From a virus (Duplodnaviria; Caudoviricetes): a DNA stretch of 64,000 nt. Positions 20,590 to 29,903 of this stretch are shown in pieces. Location: the IMG/VR virus record IMGVR_UViG_3300042301_004035, one strand, 5' to 3'. Numbering within the stretch: position 1 is the first letter of the stretch; the number at the start of each line of letters is the position of its first letter. The translations under genes were made by a program, and so were the position numbers. The notes beneath the pieces are model-generated. The model ran no database searches and was not told where the DNA came from. It worked only from the letters and a program-made list of their open reading frames with translations.

Positions 20590-21294
20590 CTATTGTTCTG
20601 GCGAATTAAGGTTAGGTAGGCCAGAGTACTTTGGACCTATTCTATCGCCGTCTGCATTGAGGCCAGTTCTAATGCCCTTAACCCAGGTCCATGGTTTTTC
20701 TATACTATTTCTAGATTTAAGGTCATTGTATTTTTGTCTTTCTGCAACTAGTCCTGGGAAATCTGATCTATTAACAACTTCAAAATCAGCACTTGGCATT
20801 AACGCCGGGTCGAATATGGTAAAGAATATAAAGGGTTCTCCCTTTTTAAAGATAACAGGTTCATTTATTTTTGTGATAATCCAATTTGTTTGCAGTTCAT
20901 CCGGCCACCAATCACTAGGAATTGTTGCCGTCATAGGCGATGCGCCGTCAACGTAATAATTTGGAGACCCAGTTACCCACAAATGATATGGAGATTCTGT
21001 ATTTATTACCCATCCAGTAGCAAAAGAAATCATTCCATTAATATTAGAATGAGCAAAATTCCAACCATTATGGACTCCACCGCTAATAATTTGAGCTGGG
21101 GAATTGCCGCCATTCCAGATAACAGTAACATCTTCGGGCAGTAGCATTTCCCAACCACTAACATTCGCTGTTGTAACTGGAGTGCATTGATATGCGTGCT
21201 TGTTGTACGTACTATCCATCCAGTCGCGTTTTAACCTAGATTGTTTGATTTGAACTGGAGTTTGAAGAGTTTTTGATAAAGTTATTTTTGTCAT
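20590..21294 (-). CDS. DUF6065-like protein
   Basis: RDWMDST...AYQCTPVTTANVSGWE, FATGWVINT, IPSDWW, FKKGEPF; family usually found beside 2OG-Fe(II) oxygenases. Confidence 0.7.
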   Translation of the reverse strand: MTKITLSKTLQTPVQIKQSRLKRDWMDSTYNKHAYQCTPVTTANVSGWEMLLPEDVTVIWNGGNSPAQIISGGVHNGWNFAHSNINGMISFATGWVINTESPYHLWVTGSPNYYVDGASPMTATIPSDWWPDELQTNWIITKINEPVIFKKGEPFIFFTIFDPALMPSADFEVVNRSDFPGLVAERQKYNDLKSRNSIEKPWTWVKGIRTGLNADGDRIGPKYSGLPNLNSPEQ

Positions 21295-21312
21295 AATTAT
21301 TATTATCCCTTT

Positions 21313-22032
21313 CTATATTGCGTGAACTATATAATCATTGTCTAACTTTTTAATATTCTTAATATTAGATTTTGGATTTCTCATCTCTTTTCCGCCATTA
21401 TCAGTCCCTGTATATGGGTAATGAAATCTTGAATTATAGTCAAACATAGTAACCGCTGAGTATTTTACTCCAGATTTGACAGGCAATGCCTCATGCATGA
21501 AAATAAAATTAGATGGGAAAAGTATTACATCGCCTATTTTTGGTTTAATTTTAAATCCTAAATTATTAAAGGCTAACTCGCCACCTTCGTAATTGTCATT
21601 AAGATAGACTACAGTAGAAACCGTGCTGGAATAACTGAAACCGTCATCTCCATGCTGTTTAAAATGTTGATCAATTCCATATTTGATGTAGTTTATCTCT
21701 TCCATGTAATCCATTCTTATATTAAATCTTGTTTCGTAATCATAGAGACATTCTAGCACCGTTTCTTTAGTCTTCATGTATATATCAGTTAGCTCAGGTA
21801 TGTCTTCTGTAATTGAATTTAATATTGATTCAGAAATGTGAAAATCATAACAATTTCTATAAGATTTTATATAGTCGCCATCGCCAGTAGTGGCTTCTTT
21901 CCACTTGTTATGCCCGGTGTTGTTTTTGCTTAATACATTTTCTAGAGCCTCTATAATTAAATCACTATTTTTTAAAGCATTCCTATACAACACTATGCCA
22001 AATCTTTTGTCTAAGATATACTGAATATCCAT
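21313..22032 (-). CDS. 2OG-Fe(II) oxygenase (P4H-like)
   Basis: HGD...YLNDNYEGGEL...FPSN...HEALPVKSGVKYS. Confidence 0.92.
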   Translation of the reverse strand: MDIQYILDKRFGIVLYRNALKNSDLIIEALENVLSKNNTGHNKWKEATTGDGDYIKSYRNCYDFHISESILNSITEDIPELTDIYMKTKETVLECLYDYETRFNIRMDYMEEINYIKYGIDQHFKQHGDDGFSYSSTVSTVVYLNDNYEGGELAFNNLGFKIKPKIGDVILFPSNFIFMHEALPVKSGVKYSAVTMFDYNSRFHYPYTGTDNGGKEMRNPKSNIKNIKKLDNDYIVHAI

Positions 22033-22101
22033 AACTTGATTTACCAGCCCTTTTGATATATAATGATCTAATCGAATTATTATATCACAGGAGAAGCACT
22101 G

Positions 22102-22722
22102 ATGACAAATGCTCCAGAATTTAATATATTACCAGACCATTTTGGAAAGGGTCCAGAAAATATATATACTTTTCAAAATTTTATTGAAAAAGACGACTTA
22201 AAAAGCATAAATGATTTTGTAGCAAATATAAAAATTTGGGATAATAATAGCAAAAGCGTTAGTTATGCAGATGGTTCGAGTAGATACAGTGCTGAGCTTT
22301 GGCACGACCGAATGTGTAGTGGGGAAATAATAAAATCTTTAAGTCCTGATATCTATAATTTAATAGATTCTTATATTATAAAAATGCAACATATCGCAGA
22401 AGAAATATTTAACTGCAAACTAAAAAAAAGACCTCCAGTAGTTGTTTGCTGGAGACCAAGTGATATGCAATTGCCTCACGCAGACAAACAGTTGCAAGAT
22501 GGAAGACCAAATGCATTCCCCGATTATGATTTAAACTCATTATTTTATTACAATGAAGATTTTGAGGGCGGTGAACTATATTACCCACAACACGTTAAAA
22601 AAATAATTCCTAAAGCTGGTTTAGCCGTTCTGCATCCGGGAGATATAAATTATTTACATGGAGTTACCCCAGTTCTTTCTGGACGTAGATGGGTTACTCC
22701 TTCATTTTATACGGTCCAATAA
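22102..22722 (+). CDS. 2OG-Fe(II) oxygenase (P4H-like); only credible plus-strand gene
   Basis: HAD...YYNEDFEGGELY...HGVTPVLSGRRW; CAGGAG RBS about 10 nt upstream. Confidence 0.92.
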   Translation: MTNAPEFNILPDHFGKGPENIYTFQNFIEKDDLKSINDFVANIKIWDNNSKSVSYADGSSRYSAELWHDRMCSGEIIKSLSPDIYNLIDSYIIKMQHIAEEIFNCKLKKRPPVVVCWRPSDMQLPHADKQLQDGRPNAFPDYDLNSLFYYNEDFEGGELYYPQHVKKIIPKAGLAVLHPGDINYLHGVTPVLSGRRWVTPSFYTVQ

Positions 22723-22782
22723 TTAATAAACAGTAATTATAAAAAATAATTTAATTTATATAACTACTGTTTTTATGCTATA

Positions 22783-23190
22783 TCAGCAAGGCACGCAGCA
22801 GCTGCATTCACCCTTTACACAAATGACAGAAGGAAAACCTGGCGGGGCAAAGAAACCTGGTGGGGAAAAGAAATTTGGCGGGGAAAAGAAATCTGGCGGG
22901 GCAAAGAAACCTGGCGGGGAAAAGAAACTTGGTGGACCAAAAAAACTTGGTGGAGAAAAAACTCCATAATCATAATTTATAGCTGTGCCAAGTAATACTA
23001 CCGAAGTATCTGTTAAGGCTGTAACAACTTTGTCATTAAGATTGACGTCTTGAGTAGCAGTAGTTACAACGGTGCCCACAACATGGCCTGCCGCAATGAT
23101 CGCAGCATTTGCTGCTGCCCTAGTAGTGCCTTGGGCTATTGCAGGCTTAGCGTTTTTTCTATTTTGCTTTTTACCAGTATTTTCAGCCAT
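22783..23190 (-). CDS. PASTA-like domain protein with (FxPPxF)7 repeat and Cys-rich tail
   Basis: KPAIAQGTTRAAANAAIIAAGHVVGTV...DKVV...VVLLGTAINY fits the PASTA pattern; ends ICVKGECSCCVPC. Confidence 0.6.
   Translation of the reverse strand: MAENTGKKQNRKNAKPAIAQGTTRAAANAAIIAAGHVVGTVVTTATQDVNLNDKVVTALTDTSVVLLGTAINYDYGVFSPPSFFGPPSFFSPPGFFAPPDFFSPPNFFSPPGFFAPPGFPSVICVKGECSCCVPC
22834..22959 (-). repeat. Seven 18-bp coding repeats: FSPPSF FGPPSF FSPPGF FAPPDF FSPPNF FSPPGF FAPPGF
   Basis: Read directly from the sequence. Confidence 0.95.
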
Positions 23191-23191
23191 A

Positions 23192-25138
23192 TTATGCTAC
23201 CAAATCTCCTAAAGCAACCCATGTATCAGTTGCGCGTTTAATAAGTGTAGCAGATGACCACTGTGCACGCAACTTAAGACCAGGAGTACCGTTTAGTGTT
23301 ACTCCTGCTCCTGCCGTAAGTGTGCACTGGCCAGCTAATGTTTGAAGGACTGTGAGAGTAGTCCCTACCGGAAAAGCTACTGAAGAGTTAGGTGGCAATG
23401 TCAGCGTATTGGCTGAAGCATTCCCCATTTCGATCATCTTTCCGCTGTCTGCTAATACTAGTGTATAGCTAGCTGCCTGAGCGTTAGTGACTGTGTCAGT
23501 AATAATTCTCTGGTAGTTAGTGCCGTCATTTGTGAATTCCCAACAGTCTGTTGTTTCATTCCAACGAAGTACTACGTTTGTTGAAGTTCCGCGTTCTACT
23601 TCGATCCCAGCATTAACTGATGGAGTGCCTGCTTCATTATTATTTAATACAATAATGTTGTCATCAATTGTTAAAGTCTCTGTATTAATACTTGTGGTAG
23701 TTCCTGAAACTGTTAAGTTGCCAGAAACGGTTAAGTTGCCTGCTACTGTCGGGTTAGATGTATTCACCCAAGCAGAACCGTTATATGAAAGAAGTTGATT
23801 TGCAGCTGCTGTAGTAATTGTTACATCTGATAGATCTGTAATCCCTAATGTCTCAGTGAGGCTAGCGTTAACCCAAGCTGAACCGTTATACTTAAGAAAC
23901 TGACCACTTGCAACTGAAGTAATTGTCACTCCGCCAACGTCATCAATGTCATTGATAGTTGGGATTGAACCCCATTCAAGACCTGATGTAGCCGACGAGT
24001 TTGCTCTTAAAAAGTTTCCATCTGTTCCAACAGCTAAGCGATTAACTGTATTGTCAGCTGTTCCGACAACAAGATCACCTTTAGCATCGATTAGCGATTT
24101 TAGAACTGCGTTGTTGCCAGCATCAGAAACAGCTATTGTTGCAGCGTTTTGCACGAATGCGGTAGTTGCCAACTGAGTGTTGCTAGTAGCGTTTGCTGCG
24201 GTCGGTGCAGTAGGGACTCCAGTTAAACCTGGGCTAGCTAATGTTGCGTAACCAGTGAATGATACGCTAGATGTCTCTTTGCCAGAAATTCTACCATAAT
24301 CGTCTACAGTAAAATTGCTAACAAAACTGGTTGTATTTGCGCCTGAAGTATTTGATTGAGCTACTGTAGCAAGATCAATACTATCCGCATTAACAACTAG
24401 TCTTGTTCCATTTGCGGAAACAATATCTATAGAATTGCCAGTCTTAACCATGCCGTCACCCACTACAAATGCTGCGGTACCGGTAAATTGAGAAAAGCTA
24501 AGATTATCTGTTCCTAAAACAATTGAATCGTTTGTACCAGTTCCAGTGGTAGTTAAGATAAATGCTTGACCACCATTGCTACTCCCAGCTACTACGTATA
24601 CTGAATCGCCAGCAGAAACTTGACCAGCAACACTATTATTGGAATCCGCACGACGAGTTAACACAAATGGGTTAGATGCATCGCCTTGTGCTGTAATTGT
24701 GTATATTCCGTTTTGTGTTGCAGTTGCTTGGTTTTTTACCAAGATGCTTTTGCCAGTAGTTTGAGAAGTTCCATCAACAGTTAGTCTCCCATTGGCATCA
24801 CCAGTTAGAGTTGCTCCTACTCCAGCAGTTCCGTTTGCATAAGTGCAAGTAGGAAGAGCTGCTGCTGTAGCATAGGCTACTGCATCATGCCAATTCAAAC
24901 CAGCGGCTACCGTATCAACATAGCCTCTTGTGGCCAAGGATGTCGAACTTGTTCCTGCGTTTGAAGTAACAACAGAAGTAACGTTTAATGTACCATCTAC
25001 CGCTATATTGCCGACAACTGTGCCAGACGAGTTTTTGAATTCTGCCAAGGGGGCGCTTGCTCCAGTGGCTGCTTTGATGACAAAGGATTCATCATATACT
25101 GTAATTTCTGGTGCGGTTTCAATCCTTAGGCGGGCCAT
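23192..25138 (-). CDS. Tail fibre / virion fibre protein
   Basis: Gly/Ala/Thr-rich; LVKNQATATQNGIY, SPGLTGVPTAPT, DDNIIVLN..AGIEVERG modules; C-terminal ASYTLVLAD...GTPGLKLRAQWS domain. Confidence 0.8.
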   Translation of the reverse strand: MARLRIETAPEITVYDESFVIKAATGASAPLAEFKNSSGTVVGNIAVDGTLNVTSVVTSNAGTSSTSLATRGYVDTVAAGLNWHDAVAYATAAALPTCTYANGTAGVGATLTGDANGRLTVDGTSQTTGKSILVKNQATATQNGIYTITAQGDASNPFVLTRRADSNNSVAGQVSAGDSVYVVAGSSNGGQAFILTTTGTGTNDSIVLGTDNLSFSQFTGTAAFVVGDGMVKTGNSIDIVSANGTRLVVNADSIDLATVAQSNTSGANTTSFVSNFTVDDYGRISGKETSSVSFTGYATLASPGLTGVPTAPTAANATSNTQLATTAFVQNAATIAVSDAGNNAVLKSLIDAKGDLVVGTADNTVNRLAVGTDGNFLRANSSATSGLEWGSIPTINDIDDVGGVTITSVASGQFLKYNGSAWVNASLTETLGITDLSDVTITTAAANQLLSYNGSAWVNTSNPTVAGNLTVSGNLTVSGTTTSINTETLTIDDNIIVLNNNEAGTPSVNAGIEVERGTSTNVVLRWNETTDCWEFTNDGTNYQRIITDTVTNAQAASYTLVLADSGKMIEMGNASANTLTLPPNSSVAFPVGTTLTVLQTLAGQCTLTAGAGVTLNGTPGLKLRAQWSSATLIKRATDTWVALGDLVA

Positions 25139-25206
25139 ATTACTCCTATTTTGTTTATAATAAAAACTAAACTAATAGTAATAGCCTTAATCAAATATAT
25201 GTAAAA

Positions 25207-25815
25207 TTAATTCCACCAAGCAACTGCCGCATATTTTATACCTTTTGTAATTGGAGTACTTTGATGAAAGAAAGGCACCTGGGATGGAAAGAAGATTATA
25301 TCTCCTTCTTTTGGCTTTAGTTCTAGCCCAATTTTTGGGAATTCTAGAATCCCACCATCATAATCATCATTTAAATACATCAAACCAGATATAACACGAG
25401 ATAAAATTGGAGAAGTATCTAAGTGAACAGAAAAAAAATCTCCTAATTCGTATTTTAATGTGCTGTATCGATCTTGCTCATATGCCTTTATGGCAATGCC
25501 GATTCTTTGCGTGTAGTCTCTAAGAGCAGCAGAAAATGAACGATCTATAACATTAAAGATTGAGCTAGATAAATAATTTACTTCATTAGACTCATTTGAT
25601 CTAAAAAAATCTATTTGTTTACTACTTCTAAAAGAATTTACTTTTTCTTTAGTTTTATCCCCATGATAAATTAGGCTGTCTCTCCATGCGTATTCTGTAT
25701 TTAATTCTGATAAAGTATTTATTTGGTTAAGAACTTTTTTTGGATTTTCTATACCATTACGATAAATTACAATTGAATTATTTATTTTAATAAAACATTT
25801 ACTGTCTTCATCCAT
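25207..25815 (-). CDS. 2OG-Fe(II) oxygenase (P4H-like)
   Basis: HLD...YLNDDYDGGIL...HQSTPITKGIKY. Confidence 0.92.
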   Translation of the reverse strand: MDEDSKCFIKINNSIVIYRNGIENPKKVLNQINTLSELNTEYAWRDSLIYHGDKTKEKVNSFRSSKQIDFFRSNESNEVNYLSSSIFNVIDRSFSAALRDYTQRIGIAIKAYEQDRYSTLKYELGDFFSVHLDTSPILSRVISGLMYLNDDYDGGILEFPKIGLELKPKEGDIIFFPSQVPFFHQSTPITKGIKYAAVAWWN

Positions 25816-25817
25816 AT

Positions 25818-26624
25818 TTATTGTGTTATTCTCTTTAAAAATTCTAACATTTTACCAGTATATTTAATGCGTCCAAAATGGGTCAAGTTAATAGTTGGGT
25901 CAACCCAAATCTTTCCCCCCATCTTTTGCCAATATCTACAAAAACCATAATCCTCAGACAAGAATCTTCCATCATCATCTACATAAGAATTAAACAAAGC
26001 GTAGGCGTTTTCTGTTTCTTCGCCGTGCAAAGCTCCTGTATCATCTTTGTATTTTAATTTTTTATACTTTTTAAACATCTTATCAAACACTTGACGCTTA
26101 ATGAGCATAAAGCCAGTCCCGGCTTCGTAGCATTCGATTGCTCCGTTATCAATATTTAATTGATTCTCACCTGGCTTTGTCATATGCACTACATATCTGC
26201 TGGCATATTCCATAAGATCTTGAGCTGGCATGTCTGCTTGTGCAGCTTCTTTTACTTTGTCCCAATTAATTTCCTTGATTGGATAAGACGCAGTCATGAC
26301 ATCCTTATCGTGCCACAATAACTTTAATATAGCTTCTTTGTCAAATTGAAGATCGACATCTATAAATACCATGTGGGTAAAGTCTGGACTACCCATAAAC
26401 TTGGCAACAAGGTTGTTTCTTGCGCGGTTGATCAATGAGTCAGATATTGTGCAGACTGAATACTTTAAACCTATTTCTTTAAAATAAAGACAAGCTTGCA
26501 AAAAGCTCATCATAAAAGGTTCTGTTACATGTGAATCATAACACGGAAGTGCAAAGAATACATTCCATTGCTCAAGTTTTTCTTTAGGGATTGTTATGTT
26601 AATTTGTTGTTCTTCTACAGGCAT
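25818..26624 (-). CDS. GT-A-fold glycosyltransferase-like phage protein
   Basis: FALPCY, DSLINRARN, THMVFIDVD (DxD), AGTGFMLIKR, SEDYGFC. Confidence 0.7.
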   Translation of the reverse strand: MPVEEQQINITIPKEKLEQWNVFFALPCYDSHVTEPFMMSFLQACLYFKEIGLKYSVCTISDSLINRARNNLVAKFMGSPDFTHMVFIDVDLQFDKEAILKLLWHDKDVMTASYPIKEINWDKVKEAAQADMPAQDLMEYASRYVVHMTKPGENQLNIDNGAIECYEAGTGFMLIKRQVFDKMFKKYKKLKYKDDTGALHGEETENAYALFNSYVDDDGRFLSEDYGFCRYWQKMGGKIWVDPTINLTHFGRIKYTGKMLEFLKRITQ

Positions 26625-26630
26625 AGAAAA

Positions 26631-26659
26631 ATATTAGCTTATATATAATCAGTTGTCAA
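26631..26659 (-). promoter_or_regulatory. Sigma70/HrdB-type promoter TTGACA-N17-TAATAT, probably leaderless
   Basis: Consensus -35, 17-nt spacer, -10 ending 6 nt before ATG 26624, no RBS. Confidence 0.65.
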
Positions 26660-26662
26660 GTC

Positions 26663-27028
26663 TTACTCGGATATTTCGAATGCATCCCAAGTTTGAGTAT
26701 CTTCATTCCAAGAATGAGCCCCTTCAGTCGGAGGAGCTATTGGTGGTTCCCACTCGGTAGTTTCCTCATTAAGAGTCCAAGAAGGGAAAGGTTTAGGGGC
26801 GATGTATGCGTCTAAAGCAGAGTTGTAGATGTAGCCGATACCTGCGTAGCGGGCACGCATGTTGCCGTTATATGAGGTCTGTTTCCATGTACCGCCCAAA
26901 AGGTTACGACAGAATTCAGCGCCTACAGCCTCTGATTCGTTGCCTTCTGCGTCTTTGCAATCATCGTTAGATACTACGATGACTCGCAATACGATGTTGT
27001 CTTCGCCAAGTTCTGCAAAGTGTGCCAT
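26663..27028 (-). CDS. Conserved phage protein (MAHFAEL... family)
   Basis: MAHFAELGEDNIVLRVIVV...WKQTSYNGNMRARYAGIGYIY...PKPFPSW, usually beside glycine-rich fibre genes. Confidence 0.8.
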   Translation of the reverse strand: MAHFAELGEDNIVLRVIVVSNDDCKDAEGNESEAVGAEFCRNLLGGTWKQTSYNGNMRARYAGIGYIYNSALDAYIAPKPFPSWTLNEETTEWEPPIAPPTEGAHSWNEDTQTWDAFEISE

Positions 27029-27091
27029 GTTTATTTCTCCTATTTTAGTACTGCTTGTGACAGTACGTGTATATTTGTGAATTTGCTCTTA

Positions 27092-28018
27092 TTAAAACGT
27101 TATACTTCCCGAAGCGTTGAAAGTGTATATTCTGTAGCCGCCTGCTGTTACTACGGTTGGCGAACCAGTTGTTGATGTTGCTGCCAAAAATGAATCTGGG
27201 TAGCGAACTATTACTACACCAGAACCTCCTGCGCCTCCAACAAGGTCGTTATTTTGACCTCCTCCACCCCCGCCTCCTCCTCTGTTTGCAGTTCCCGCAG
27301 CACCTGTTGTAGAGTTGGAACCATTACCCCCACCACCCGAACCTCCAGAACCAGCAGAGCCAGCACCCAGTCGTGTACCCCCACCACCGCCACCACCATA
27401 TGCAATAGTGGTACCAGTTATTGACGAGTTGGTACCCGCTCCTCCTCCACCGCCATTATTTCCCGAACCATCACCACCAGCGGAAGATGTACCACCTCCA
27501 CCGCCACCAGGATAGCCGGGTGCAACAAAAGCGCCGTTTCCTCCCCCAAATCCCTGATTTGTTGTTCCAGTTCCACCAGTAATTGAGTACCCACCACCAC
27601 CACCACAACCGCCATCTTTTGTGTCTCCAGGACCATAACTGCCACCATGAACACCGCCACCACCGCCAGTTGATGTAATAGTAGAAAATGCACTATTCCC
27701 ACCTTTGTATCCACCAGGACTCGGCCAGAAACCACCAGCGCCACCAGCGCCAACGGTAACTGTATAAGTAGTGCCTTCTGTTATTGGAAATGATGCCTCT
27801 GTCGCTCCACCGCCACCAGAGGTTGCACCAGCCATATTTGTACGCATACCACCTCCACCACCTCCACCTGCGTTTGCGCCACCACCTGCTCCTACAACTA
27901 GATATTCAACGGATGAAGTTGTAGAAAGAGCTAGAAGAGATTGCTGTAAGTCAGTAAAACTCAATAGCCCAGTATTTCCAATCCTCTTGGGCCCAATAGC
28001 ACCACCTGGTCCAGACAT
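27092..28018 (-). CDS. Glycine-rich domain fibre-associated protein
   Basis: VEYLVVGAGGG...YTVTVGAGG...GGSGVVIVRYP...GYRIYTFNASGSITF. Confidence 0.85.
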   Translation of the reverse strand: MSGPGGAIGPKRIGNTGLLSFTDLQQSLLALSTTSSVEYLVVGAGGGANAGGGGGGGMRTNMAGATSGGGGATEASFPITEGTTYTVTVGAGGAGGFWPSPGGYKGGNSAFSTITSTGGGGGVHGGSYGPGDTKDGGCGGGGGYSITGGTGTTNQGFGGGNGAFVAPGYPGGGGGGTSSAGGDGSGNNGGGGGAGTNSSITGTTIAYGGGGGGGTRLGAGSAGSGGSGGGGNGSNSTTGAAGTANRGGGGGGGGQNNDLVGGAGGSGVVIVRYPDSFLAATSTTGSPTVVTAGGYRIYTFNASGSITF

Positions 28019-28371
28019 TAGCTAATCTCCTCATAACTACATACTGCTTCAAGGTCACCGTTAGCAGATGCGGTAAGACGAAGTACGTCACCTTCTTCTA
28101 GGTAAATAGCCTTACTGAGTACATCTAAAGTTGCATCGGCAGGAACAGAAACCGTTTTAGCAATGTGATACGCAGTAGAAGAACGGAATATGTCTACGTT
28201 GATGTCAGCGGCACTTGTGCCGTCAACATTAGAAACATACAAGGCATTGACTTTGAACACTTTGCCCGAAGAACCAGAGTTAGTGACAATTGCCGTAGCT
28301 GTAGTCGTGACAGCAAGAACTGCTGTCTTACCAGTGATTGTTGTAACGTTAACTATATTTGGCGCTGCCAT
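28018..28371 (-). CDS. Conserved virion accessory protein
   Basis: MAAPNIVNVTTITGKT...SVPADATLDVLSKAIYLEEGD...CSYEEIS; follows a fibre ending AIAMAIVFGG, as commonly seen. Confidence 0.7.
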   Translation of the reverse strand: MAAPNIVNVTTITGKTAVLAVTTTATAIVTNSGSSGKVFKVNALYVSNVDGTSAADINVDIFRSSTAYHIAKTVSVPADATLDVLSKAIYLEEGDVLRLTASANGDLEAVCSYEEIS

Positions 28372-28372
28372 T

Positions 28373-29851
28373 TTATCCTCCGAATACTATTGCCATTGCA
28401 ATAGCTTTTCCTGTTGAAGCTTTTGTATTTAATTGTGTTTGAATTGCAGATGTTACACCGTCTACATATCCAATTTCTGTTGCACTGACATTACCAATAG
28501 ATGTGTCTGAAGGTAGTGTAACGGTGCCAGTAAAAGTTGCATTTGCAAGTGGCGCAAATCCAGAAATGGAAGCACCTTCAGGAATAGTTACAGTGCCCGT
28601 AAATGTAGGACTTGCAAGTGGTGCTTTTAGACCGATGCTAGTTGTTAGTGTCGTAGAAAGGTTCGCGTCGTTTCCAAGTGCGGTGGCAATTTCGCCAAGT
28701 GTATCAAGTGTTGAACCAGCACTATTGACAAGTGCGGCGACTTCTGCTCGAACAAACGCAGTAGTTGCAATTTGTGTCGTGTTGGTTGCTGCGTTTGCTG
28801 TAGGAGCAGTGGGCGTTCCTGTAAGTGCTGGTGAAGCTAAATTTGCTTTGAGATCAAGTGCGGTTTGTTGTGCAGTAGAGACTGGCTTAGCGGTGTCGGC
28901 CGTATTATCAACAGAACCTAAACCAACCATCGTTGCAGAAATGCCACTGACATTCCCAGTAAATGTTGGACTTGCAATATTTGCTTTCAAGTCGAGAGCA
29001 GTTTGTTGAGCAGTGGATACCGGCTTGGCTGTGTCCGCTGTATTATCGACAGAACCAAGGCCAACCATAGTCTTTGTTATGCCAGAAACATTTCCCGTGA
29101 AGGTTGGTGAAGCAAGTGTGGCATATCCAGCAGCGTTTATCCAAGCTGTTCCATTCCACTTAAGTAAGTCACCAGTTGTTGACGATGTAATGGTTACATC
29201 ACCTAAGTCATTAATGGTTGTAACTGCAGTTCCACTAACAGTTGCATATACACCAACTCTTACTGAACTAGAAGATGGAGCAACTGAAAAATCTAATACT
29301 ACAGTGTTGGCAGTTTCTGCTTCCCAACGAGCATTGATCACCTCATAGGGACTTACTGCATTTCTTGCAGTAACAACAACATCTCTAGTATTAAAGTTAT
29401 GCGTAAGTGTAAAACTTGAATCTGTTCCATTACCAATAGTCTGATAATAAGATGACCCTGTTGATACGCCTGTTACCGCACCGTACACTGAAACGATAAC
29501 AGAGTCAGAAGTAACCGGTGAACTAAAATCAACTGTAATTGTGTTTGTAGTTGTAGCTTCCCAACGAGCATTAATTACTTCGTATGGTGATGCAGCGTTT
29601 CTGATTACTACAACAACGTTTCTTGTTCCAAATCCATGTGTAATTACATAGCTTGAATTTGTTCCATCGCCTATGGTTGCACTGTAGACTGTGCCGCTAA
29701 TATCACCTTCTGAAGCAGGTGAAAATTTAGTACCATCAAATTTTAAAACCTGGTTGGGAGTAGCGCCAGACAGATCAATTTGTACGCCATTGATCGTAGC
29801 GGTGTCCCCAACTACTAATCCATGCTTGATTACAAAATCTTTGTCTGCCAC
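28373..29851 (-). CDS. Tail fibre protein
   Basis: Two THGFGTRNVVV..SPYEVINARWEA modules, DNTADTAKPVSTAQQTALDLKA repeats, ASPTFTG motifs. Confidence 0.8.
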   Translation of the reverse strand: MADKDFVIKHGLVVGDTATINGVQIDLSGATPNQVLKFDGTKFSPASEGDISGTVYSATIGDGTNSSYVITHGFGTRNVVVVIRNAASPYEVINARWEATTTNTITVDFSSPVTSDSVIVSVYGAVTGVSTGSSYYQTIGNGTDSSFTLTHNFNTRDVVVTARNAVSPYEVINARWEAETANTVVLDFSVAPSSSSVRVGVYATVSGTAVTTINDLGDVTITSSTTGDLLKWNGTAWINAAGYATLASPTFTGNVSGITKTMVGLGSVDNTADTAKPVSTAQQTALDLKANIASPTFTGNVSGISATMVGLGSVDNTADTAKPVSTAQQTALDLKANLASPALTGTPTAPTANAATNTTQIATTAFVRAEVAALVNSAGSTLDTLGEIATALGNDANLSTTLTTSIGLKAPLASPTFTGTVTIPEGASISGFAPLANATFTGTVTLPSDTSIGNVSATEIGYVDGVTSAIQTQLNTKASTGKAIAMAIVFGG

Positions 29852-29903
29852 TAAAGTTCACTGTCCCTCTAGTTTTATATTTTAAAACTTAATTACTATT
29901 ATA

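Noticed and set aside
22834-22959. Short periodic repeats resembling a CRISPR array
   Set aside because: In-frame 18-bp coding repeats without unique spacers; no cas genes
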